Source: a virus. From it: 64,000 nt of DNA. Both the position numbers and the translations under genes were made by a program. The notes under the pieces were generated by a model that saw only the letters and a list, made by a program, of their open reading frames with translations, made no database searches and was not told the origin of the DNA. The stretch is from IMG/VR virus record IMGVR_UViG_3300047160_002519, positions 9,234-73,233 of that record. One strand, given 5' to 3'. Each line of letters opens with the position of its first letter. Within the stretch, counting starts at the first letter, position 1. Of this stretch, positions 53,308 to 61,585 are shown piece by piece.

Positions 53308-53829
53308 ATGGATGATTGCCTGACATGCAAAAGCTGGATTTGCCAGCGTGTGATGTGCTACGGCGACGGTTCCACCGTCATCAAGTTTGAAACCCCCGAA
53401 GGTCGCGGCGAATGCACGCTGCTCAAGATCGAGACCACGGCTGATTTTGGCTGCAAGCGCTTCATCGAAGGGCGCGACCACATCGAGGTGCTCGGCCACA
53501 AGGCGGGTTCGCCATGGCAGTATTTCACTCTCGGCCCCTGCCCCGATTGCAAGGACTCCGCTGGACCCGGATGGATGTGCCGACGCTGCGCGGGCACAGC
53601 CAAGGTCCGCTATTACGATGACGGCTTCGTTGGCGACGAGCAAACCAAGCGGCATCCCAAGGAGCCGAGCGACAAGGTCGCTGCCGAGCTTCTGTGCATC
53701 GATTGCGGGAGCCCACTGGATCAGGACTGGATCGCATGCCCGCGCTGCGGCGCGCGCACCAACAAGTCGGAGGAAATGGTGATCATTGAAGGCGAAGCAT
53801 TCAACGTCGGAGGAGGCGGACTGAAATGA
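53308..53829 (+). CDS. Multi-CxxC Zn-ribbon protein
   Basis: CLTC, CPDC, CRRC, CIDC, CPRC. Confidence 0.65.
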   Translation: MDDCLTCKSWICQRVMCYGDGSTVIKFETPEGRGECTLLKIETTADFGCKRFIEGRDHIEVLGHKAGSPWQYFTLGPCPDCKDSAGPGWMCRRCAGTAKVRYYDDGFVGDEQTKRHPKEPSDKVAAELLCIDCGSPLDQDWIACPRCGARTNKSEEMVIIEGEAFNVGGGGLK

Positions 53830-56177
53830 GAAGCGATAAGTTCTGGGAGTGGTACGGAGTCTATGCAGCGCCACGGCTCGATGAACTCAAAATGATGAGC
53901 ATGGGCCGGGCCGATACCTTCCGCCAGATGTTCGAATATCTCGACGACATCGGACGTCCGGTCTGCATCGTCGAGACCGGTTGCATCGAGAACGGCGAGA
54001 AGGACTGGGGCGGCTCGGGGTGCTCCACCATCCTATTCGACCACTACATCGCGGAGCACCCGGGCTCGGTCTGCTATTCCTTTGAGAGCGACATCGCCAA
54101 GGTCCGGGCGGCTATGGAGCTTTGCCCGCGTGTCTCGTTTGGTCCGGTGCGGCATTCTCCTGGCGAAGGCGCGGCCTACGACAGTGTGGTCGGCATTCAG
54201 GAAATGATTGGGCACGGTCCCATCGACTTGCTCTATCTCGACGCCTCGCACCACAACTGGATCAACGAATCGCCATCGCAGGTTCACCATTACAACGAAC
54301 TGCTGGCCGCGATGCATCTGCTCCGATCGCATTCGCTTGTGGTGGTGGATGACAGCCCGATCGCGATCGACGACTACCCGCAGAACAAGATCATCGGCAA
54401 GGGCGCGCTGGTCGCGCAATACGCCTTCGAGGTCGGGGCGGAAATGGTGTTCCACGGTTATCAGGTGGGCTTCACCGGAATGACCGGCATCCCGGAGGAA
54501 CACCGCGACCTCGGCTATCTGATCAACCGCGCCAGGACGCATGTCGAGGCGGGCGAGCTTGTGGCGGCCGATCACATCTATCGCCTGATTTTGGCGGCGA
54601 CCCCGCCGAACACATGGCAGCAACCGCTCGTGCGGCTGTGCCGTGGGGAAGCCTGCGCCAACTTCGCGCGGCATGCGCACAAGCTGAAGCGGTACGGGAT
54701 CGCGATCGATTGGTTCAGGCAGGCGCTCGGCGCGGACCTGATCGCGGCCGAATATCGCTGCGAGCTTGCGCGCTCCCTGGTCGCCTTCGAATCGATGGAC
54801 ATGGCGCGGCGAGAGGCCAAGCTGGCAACGGAGTTGGAGCCGGGCAACCCGGTGACCTGGGCGACGCTGGGCGGTATCGAGAGCGACCGTATGGACGCGG
54901 CGGCCACGATCGCGGCCTATGACCGGCAGATCGAGGCGGCGTCGGTGAAGCACATCGAGAGCAACCCGATGGAGCTATCGGATGCCTATTTGAACCGCGC
55001 GGTGATCGCGCTCGATACCCAGGACCACGTTACCGCGCACCAACTGTGCAGGCACATCCACGCGCTCGGCGTGCGCGCGGGCGACGCCTACCACGTTGAG
55101 GCGCTGATCGCCTACCGCATGAGCCGACACGAGGACGCCATCGGGCTGTTTGACAAGGCGCTGGAAGCGAACTGCCGCAAGCAGCCGCTCTGCCATTGGA
55201 ACAAGTCGCTGGCGCTGCAGGCGATCGGCCGCTACCGCGAAAGCTGGATCAATCACACCTGGCGGCAGTTCGAACCGACGATCCCGGTGTTCTACGTGCC
55301 TTATCATCGGTTCGACCACCCGATCTGGCACGGCGAGAAGGGACCGGGCGTAGTCCACGTCCACACCGAAGCAGGCTTCGGGGACAATCTCTGCCTCGTG
55401 CGCTACCTGCCGATGATCGAGGCGACCGGAATGACAGTGCATTACGAATGCCAGCCCGAGATGCTTTCGCTCGTGCAGCGCTCATTCCCGAGCGTCAAGT
55501 GCATGCCGCGCGCGAAAGACTATCCCGGTGTAATGTACCTGCAGGCGCTCGACTATCACCACCCGATCGGGGATCTGCCGCACGTCTTCAAGACCGACAT
55601 CGAGACGGTGCCGTGGAAGGGGCCGTACCTGCACGCCGATCCCGAGCTAATCCAAAAGATGAGGGGCGAGCTTCGGGAGCACGCGCCCGCGAACATCCGG
55701 CGGATCGGGCTATGCTGGTCGAGCGGCATCCGCCGCAACATCGCGATCTGGATGGAAACCTACGGCAAGATGAAGTCGATGCCGTTCGATGAGATGCGGC
55801 CGTTGCTGAGCATCGAAGCGATCTTCGTTTCGCTGCAGGTGGGCGACGGGCGGGACGAGCCGGACTACCGCACCGACCCGATCATCGACGCGCTCTCGCC
55901 CGAGCCCGATTGGGACGAAACCGCTGCATTAATAGCTAATCTTGATTTGGTCATCACGGTGGACACCGGAGTCGCACATCTCGCGGGCGCGATGGGCAAG
56001 CCGGTGTGGCTGGTGATGCAGCGGGACGGCGCAAGCTGGCACTTCATGTGCGAGCGGCCGGGCGCGAGTTGGAACACCCGCTCGCCGTGGTATCCTTCTA
56101 TGCGAATCTTCCGGCAGAGCGACGGGACCTGGGCGAGCGCGATCCGAAAGGTCAAAGAAGCTCTGCACGAAATGTAG
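53826..56177 (+). CDS. Class I SAM methyltransferase - TPR - GT-B (GT9-like) glycosyltransferase fusion
   Basis: IVETG..STILFD..IDLLYLDA..VVDD..GKG; helical TPRs; EAGFGD, FVSLQ, DLVITVDTGVAHLAGAMGKP, SPWYPSMRIFRQ. Confidence 0.88.
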   Translation: MRSDKFWEWYGVYAAPRLDELKMMSMGRADTFRQMFEYLDDIGRPVCIVETGCIENGEKDWGGSGCSTILFDHYIAEHPGSVCYSFESDIAKVRAAMELCPRVSFGPVRHSPGEGAAYDSVVGIQEMIGHGPIDLLYLDASHHNWINESPSQVHHYNELLAAMHLLRSHSLVVVDDSPIAIDDYPQNKIIGKGALVAQYAFEVGAEMVFHGYQVGFTGMTGIPEEHRDLGYLINRARTHVEAGELVAADHIYRLILAATPPNTWQQPLVRLCRGEACANFARHAHKLKRYGIAIDWFRQALGADLIAAEYRCELARSLVAFESMDMARREAKLATELEPGNPVTWATLGGIESDRMDAAATIAAYDRQIEAASVKHIESNPMELSDAYLNRAVIALDTQDHVTAHQLCRHIHALGVRAGDAYHVEALIAYRMSRHEDAIGLFDKALEANCRKQPLCHWNKSLALQAIGRYRESWINHTWRQFEPTIPVFYVPYHRFDHPIWHGEKGPGVVHVHTEAGFGDNLCLVRYLPMIEATGMTVHYECQPEMLSLVQRSFPSVKCMPRAKDYPGVMYLQALDYHHPIGDLPHVFKTDIETVPWKGPYLHADPELIQKMRGELREHAPANIRRIGLCWSSGIRRNIAIWMETYGKMKSMPFDEMRPLLSIEAIFVSLQVGDGRDEPDYRTDPIIDALSPEPDWDETAALIANLDLVITVDTGVAHLAGAMGKPVWLVMQRDGASWHFMCERPGASWNTRSPWYPSMRIFRQSDGTWASAIRKVKEALHEM

Positions 56178-56186
56178 GAGGCGAGC

Positions 56187-56831
56187 ATGTGGGAAACCGG
56201 CCCGCTCGGCTTGGTCGTCGGGGCAATGTCGGTCCCCGCATACTCTTTCCGAAATACTGCGGTCACATCAGCGGCGGGTGCCGTTTTATCGACATCGATC
56301 GATATCGGTCCCGCCTCGGGGGACCGATTGGTAATTGTAGGAACCGCAGAACAAGGAGGAAATTCCGTTTCTTCAATTACCGTTGGTTCGGTCTCTCTAA
56401 GCAATGTTGTCCCTATAACGGGAGCCGGACCAAATGTTGAAATGTGGGCAGGGCTGGTCACGTTAGGTTCCGGGCCTCAGACTGTTACGGTCACATGGGC
56501 GGCCGGTTCGTTTCAAAGCAGAGGGTTTTCTCTTTGGACGGCGAATGGGCTGAACTCTAATTCCGCCAAGCAAACAACTTCCGGGACGGGGGGTAGCGGC
56601 TCAACGATCAGTGTCACTGCCGGGGATTTGATGTTCGCGATTGCGGCTACGACTGGCGCGTCGTCAGATTGGTCTACTTCTACTCAAGCGCCTTCATCAC
56701 TTCATTCAATACTAGCGAGTGGTTTGTTCTATGATGGTGCTGATTGGACAATCGCGGCGACAAATGCGTCATTTGGCCAGAATCCACACAGCGGGATTAC
56801 GACTGCATCAATTGCAGTGACATATCGGTAA
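56187..56831 (+). CDS. Ser/Thr-rich beta-sandwich putative virion protein
   Basis: Low GC; VSSITVG, QTVTVTW, TAGDLMFA. Confidence 0.6.
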   Translation: MWETGPLGLVVGAMSVPAYSFRNTAVTSAAGAVLSTSIDIGPASGDRLVIVGTAEQGGNSVSSITVGSVSLSNVVPITGAGPNVEMWAGLVTLGSGPQTVTVTWAAGSFQSRGFSLWTANGLNSNSAKQTTSGTGGSGSTISVTAGDLMFAIAATTGASSDWSTSTQAPSSLHSILASGLFYDGADWTIAATNASFGQNPHSGITTASIAVTYR

Positions 56832-56835
56832 AAAA

Positions 56836-59076
56836 ATGTGGGAAATAATTGCTAGTCAGGTATTTTTGTCCCAATTAGCGGCGGCGCCTAGTGGCGTGTC
56901 TGTCATAAACGGATTCGGTCAAAATGACTATGTGTTCAAGAACTTTATGAAACAACTCGCAAGCACTCAGGCGTTCGGAGGCACATACGCTTGGCCTGCG
57001 ATCTTGGATACAAACGGCTACCCTGTGTCAACACCATCAACGACGTATGCCGGCGCGGTGCAATTGCCGAACAACTACACTGGTAATTGGATGATCTACG
57101 GCACGGGCCAATGCGATCTGCTGATTCAGGCCGGTGTGACCGTAACAATGGTCGCCAACCCGAATGGTTATGGCAGCGCATCTGGGACAACATTGCGGAT
57201 CACGGCCACGGCGGTGACGTCTTGGTCGGTAACGTTCAGCCTGTCGGGATTGAGTGGCTACCAGAATCAGACGCAAATCCAGTTTCTCGGCGGCGCTGGA
57301 TCGTTCTCAGGATTCACAAATCTGGTGCTGTGCCGCGTCTCGGCTCCATACACGGGCGACAAGGCCGCGATCGACAGCGGCGTTCTTACGCAGATGTTCA
57401 ACGACGACTTTTTGAACAGCATGCGAGCGCTGAATCCCAATATCTTACGTGTGATCGATTGGAATAATCCCGACAATCAAGGCAACATTTCCAACTTCGC
57501 GCGACGTACACCCGTCAGTGCGCTGACTTATGATGGATCGCACTGGGACCCATCCTGCATTGCCACTAATGGCGGTTCGGGAATGAAAACATCCAACACC
57601 GGGGACGCTTATTCGATCACGACCTATCCGAACGATACCGGAAATTGGGTCGATGGCGAGACAATCCAAGTACAATGGAGCGCGTCGAACACCACCACGT
57701 CTCCAACGTTCACGGTCGGCGCACGTACCCCGAAAACCGTTCAAACTCTTGCTGCCGCTGCAGTGTCGGCTGGGACTTTGGCCAACAATGCACTAGGCAC
57801 TTTGATCTATGACGCGACACTGGGCGTATTGCTGTACAACGCGAATGGGATTGCAGGGAACGCGGTTCCTTACGAAGTATCTTGCGCGCTCGCCAATGTG
57901 TTGAACAAGAACCTGCGTGAGACTATCCCGACGCACTTCGATTCGGCGTCGGTAACGTCCTGGGCTAAGACATTTCGCGATAATCTAAACTCTAATCTGT
58001 CATTTTACTGTTCGTACTCGAACGAGATTTGGAACTTTGCCTTTGGGTTCGAGCAGACAAGCTGGGCGAATGCTCTAGGACTTGCTTTCGGTTTCCCAAA
58101 TAGCAGCGGGCGACCGTACTTCGGGTTTTATTCGCTCAAGATCGCGCAATACATGCCGCTGGTCGCAACAGCCTGGACAGCCGCTCGACCTCGATCATCG
58201 CTCAAATGTATTTTAGAACTGCAAGCTTTCGGTCCTACATCTGACACGAAGAGCTATCGGTTCAACAGCGCCGATTGCGCACCAAGCGGAATCCACACTG
58301 GCACCGGAAACGCTACTTACAACACTTACACCGGAAGTGCTGACTTCACGCAATTTCCGAACCGTGCGATCGATGTCTGCGACTACATCAGCTATGCGAC
58401 ATACTGGAGCGGTGCCCAATGTGCCAACGCGGATGGTAATTACTCGAACACTGGCGGAACTGGATTGACGACGGGGCATCCTTCGAGTGGACCAGGAAGC
58501 GCGATAAACGGATTGACCGGAGCGGCCGATGCCTACGCAGCAGGCGGGGCAACTAATATTGCAAACGCAATCGGCTGGCTTGACTGGGATTTTTCGCTAG
58601 GAACTAACAACGGTTCAGCGGGATTCCAAACCACGTCGGTTCTATTAGCAAACATTTATCCGGCTTGGGAAACGGTTGCCGCTTCTTACGATGGCTCACG
58701 TCCAAGCGGTTATTCCAACGTAGGAATCATCTGCTATGAAGGCGGGCTGGAAGCTGTTGCACCATCCACGGCCGAATGCACAACACTAGGAATCAGCACC
58801 ACCTACGGAGGCTCTGGCGGTAAGATCGACAACCTTCTGACTGGATACAAAACCAGTTCAACGTTCACCGCGCGAGTGACGCAGCAATTCACCGACTTTA
58901 TGGGAATCTCACCCGGCCGCGGATCGAATCACTCTATTGCGCCAGCGTGGTATCAATTCCCTGGACCAAGCGGGGATGTGAGCGGAGGGTTTCCGTTCAA
59001 TCCATGGGCGATGGAAATCACAGATTTATATGGCGGGTTCTTCACGTCTTATAACGGATTCGCATCCTTCACCTAA
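56836..59076 (+). CDS. Clan GH-A-like glycoside hydrolase (depolymerase candidate) with inserted fibre module
   Basis: LRVIDW, VPYE..ALAN, YSNEIWN, ICYEGG motifs. Confidence 0.65.
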   Translation: MWEIIASQVFLSQLAAAPSGVSVINGFGQNDYVFKNFMKQLASTQAFGGTYAWPAILDTNGYPVSTPSTTYAGAVQLPNNYTGNWMIYGTGQCDLLIQAGVTVTMVANPNGYGSASGTTLRITATAVTSWSVTFSLSGLSGYQNQTQIQFLGGAGSFSGFTNLVLCRVSAPYTGDKAAIDSGVLTQMFNDDFLNSMRALNPNILRVIDWNNPDNQGNISNFARRTPVSALTYDGSHWDPSCIATNGGSGMKTSNTGDAYSITTYPNDTGNWVDGETIQVQWSASNTTTSPTFTVGARTPKTVQTLAAAAVSAGTLANNALGTLIYDATLGVLLYNANGIAGNAVPYEVSCALANVLNKNLRETIPTHFDSASVTSWAKTFRDNLNSNLSFYCSYSNEIWNFAFGFEQTSWANALGLAFGFPNSSGRPYFGFYSLKIAQYMPLVATAWTAARPRSSLKCILELQAFGPTSDTKSYRFNSADCAPSGIHTGTGNATYNTYTGSADFTQFPNRAIDVCDYISYATYWSGAQCANADGNYSNTGGTGLTTGHPSSGPGSAINGLTGAADAYAAGGATNIANAIGWLDWDFSLGTNNGSAGFQTTSVLLANIYPAWETVAASYDGSRPSGYSNVGIICYEGGLEAVAPSTAECTTLGISTTYGGSGGKIDNLLTGYKTSSTFTARVTQQFTDFMGISPGRGSNHSIAPAWYQFPGPSGDVSGGFPFNPWAMEITDLYGGFFTSYNGFASFT

Positions 59077-59101
59077 AAAGCTTGGAGGAGGCTGCTTCGC
59101 A

Positions 59102-59374
59102 ATGTCATCGATGGACAAGGAACTCACTGACGCGAAAGCCTACTTCAAGGAGAAGGCGAACGGCGATCCGCGCACCCTGCGCGTGGCGGGCATCCGTGAC
59201 CACGGCGGCGGCATGCGCGTGGTTGTGACGCAATACTGGGACTTGCCGAACCATGTTGGCCCGGGCGAGGAGCTTGTGCTGATTCCCAAGATCAGGCTCG
59301 CGCGTCCGGTCACCACGAATGAGACTGCGGCGCTGATTCAACTGGTCGAGCGCTACATGGGCTTTCGCGCATGA
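59102..59374 (+). CDS. Hypothetical protein
   Basis: GGAGGAGG RBS. Confidence 0.55.
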   Translation: MSSMDKELTDAKAYFKEKANGDPRTLRVAGIRDHGGGMRVVVTQYWDLPNHVGPGEELVLIPKIRLARPVTTNETAALIQLVERYMGFRA

Positions 59375-60837
59375 CAACGGTCTTCCTCACCAAGTCATCG
59401 ACCTCGCCGTACACATTCCCGGCGAACGCGGACCTTAATCATTCGGTTCTAGACAACACCTACAATCCGACCGCGCTACTGGTTGCATCCGGGACACCGA
59501 CATCGGTCGGAGTCGGGCAGACCATCACGCCGAATCAAACTACCTCGATCACGGAGTTGATGATTTGGATCGGCCCGGCGGTGGGATCACCGGCGGACAA
59601 TCTCTATTTTATCATCGAGCAGAACGCGCTCGGATCGGGCATCATCGTCGCGCGGAGCTTCACCTACCCGATCGGCAACCTGACGCAGAATGCCTGGAAT
59701 CTGATTACGCTGTCTCAAGAGGTGGTCCTTGTCGGCGGCCGGACTTACGCGATTTCGAGCAACCGCACCGGCGCGACATCGACCGTCAACTACTTTCAGA
59801 TCGGCTCCTCGAACACGTCGAATCTCTCTCAGGTGCTCTGGGGACCAACGAACAGCGGCTACATCTTCAACGGCTCGACCTGGGTGGCGCAAAGCTGGGA
59901 CTTGGCATTTGCGCTGATTCACCGCCACGAGGTGCAGCTTCTCGGCAATGGCGGTAACGGCGGATCGGGCACGACGGCTTTGAGCGGCGCGGGCGGCGGT
60001 GGTGGCGGCTACGGTCAATATTTTTACATCTCTGGAATCATTCCCGGCGTGACGACGGTACCGTTTGCAGTCGCGGCTGGAGGTTCGAACAACAATTTCG
60101 GCGCGGTTTGGCAACAGACGAGCTTATCGGCACTCACCAACGCGCAAGGCGCGGGTGGCGGCAAGAATGGCTCGGGCATCACGGCTGGCGCGGCGGGCAC
60201 GCTCGGCACCGTGAGCGGCACGCCTCCGATCAGCTATCTCTACTGGTACGGCATCGCGGGCGGCATCGGCGGCGCTGGCCGGAATGCCGCGTCGAGCGGT
60301 GGAGGCGGTGGCGGTGGCGCGGGCGGCTGGGGCGCGGCGGGTGGCGCGGGCGGCACGCCCACGAGCACGAATGGATGCGGCGGCGGTGGTGGCATGACCG
60401 GCACGGCGGCGGCTGGTGGCGCGAGCGTCGCGGGCGGCGCTGGCTACACCGGGACGGCGGGGTCGACGACCGGGCAGAATGGGACTGGCTCTAGCGGCGG
60501 GGCAGGCTCCAATTCCGTCTCGACCGCGACCCTGACCCAGGGCGGCAACGGCGGGAGCGGTCTAGAGTTCGATGGCTACGGGCTGTCGACCGGCACGAGC
60601 GGACCGGGCGGCGGCGGCGGCGGCTCGGGTGCGAACACCGGCGCGGTCACCGCGAACAACAAGGGCGGCGCAGGCGGACAGTTCGGCGGTGGTGGTGGCG
60701 GCTTCGGCTCGTTCGCGGGCACGATCGGCACCTCGGCGGTGGGCGTTGGCGGTGATGCGCTGATCGTGCTCAATTTCTTTCCCCTGCCCATAGTCTCCGA
60801 CGTGGCAGGCTGGGCCGAAAACGAATGGAGGGTCTGA
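59371..60837 (+). CDS. Glycine-rich putative virion/fibre protein
   Basis: N-terminal beta domain, long GGGGG-rich domain ending GGDALIVL. Confidence 0.65.
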   Translation: MTTVFLTKSSTSPYTFPANADLNHSVLDNTYNPTALLVASGTPTSVGVGQTITPNQTTSITELMIWIGPAVGSPADNLYFIIEQNALGSGIIVARSFTYPIGNLTQNAWNLITLSQEVVLVGGRTYAISSNRTGATSTVNYFQIGSSNTSNLSQVLWGPTNSGYIFNGSTWVAQSWDLAFALIHRHEVQLLGNGGNGGSGTTALSGAGGGGGGYGQYFYISGIIPGVTTVPFAVAAGGSNNNFGAVWQQTSLSALTNAQGAGGGKNGSGITAGAAGTLGTVSGTPPISYLYWYGIAGGIGGAGRNAASSGGGGGGGAGGWGAAGGAGGTPTSTNGCGGGGGMTGTAAAGGASVAGGAGYTGTAGSTTGQNGTGSSGGAGSNSVSTATLTQGGNGGSGLEFDGYGLSTGTSGPGGGGGGSGANTGAVTANNKGGAGGQFGGGGGGFGSFAGTIGTSAVGVGGDALIVLNFFPLPIVSDVAGWAENEWRV

Positions 60838-60838
60838 G

Positions 60839-61573
60839 ATGGCTATCTCATTCGTTCAAGGAAAAGGTGCGAATAATGGTGCTGTAGGGACCTCGATTGC
60901 CGTCACGTTGACAGCCGCTGTGGGAAACGGAAACTTCATCGCGGGGATGGTTTCCTACAATTCCCTTCACACGCTCGCTGGTATCTCAGACGACAAGGGC
61001 AACACCTACAATGTGGAATCCGTCGCGTTCGACACGGTGAATAGCCAAAAGGGCAATGCGTTTTCGCTCGGCAACATTACCAATGCGCCCTCAACGATCA
61101 CGGCGACGTTCACTGATCCGACTCAAGCAAGAAGCATCGTTGTCGATGAATTTTCGGGAGTCGCCCAAATCGGTGATCCGCGCGATACGGGCCATGGTGG
61201 GCAAGTGCTACCGAACAGCACGGGGACCGGCGCGAATGCCGTGACCTCTGGCAACTTCCCGACGAGCTTCGCCGGAAGTCTGCTTTATGGTGTAGAAGCG
61301 AATGAACTCGGTGATGATGGTGCAACTACAGTCACGGCAGGCACCACGAGCAATGCATCATTCACCTTGACGGGGACCGATTCCGGATCAAGCAGCAATA
61401 CTTGTGCGCAAATCAAATCCGAATGGGCAGTGCAATCCGCCCCGAGCAACACGACCGCCGCGACATTCACGCAATCTGTTGCGACCGGACGCACAGTGTT
61501 TTTGATTTCAGCCCTCTTGACGACTACGCCTCCGTCTACAGGCGTAATCGGGTTCGGCTATAATGAGATGTGA
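60839..61573 (+). CDS. Ser/Thr-rich beta-sandwich putative virion protein
   Basis: MAISFVQG, ISDDKGNTY, EFSGV motifs. Confidence 0.6.
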   Translation: MAISFVQGKGANNGAVGTSIAVTLTAAVGNGNFIAGMVSYNSLHTLAGISDDKGNTYNVESVAFDTVNSQKGNAFSLGNITNAPSTITATFTDPTQARSIVVDEFSGVAQIGDPRDTGHGGQVLPNSTGTGANAVTSGNFPTSFAGSLLYGVEANELGDDGATTVTAGTTSNASFTLTGTDSGSSSNTCAQIKSEWAVQSAPSNTTAATFTQSVATGRTVFLISALLTTTPPSTGVIGFGYNEM

Positions 61574-61585
61574 CCGGGCAAGGCC

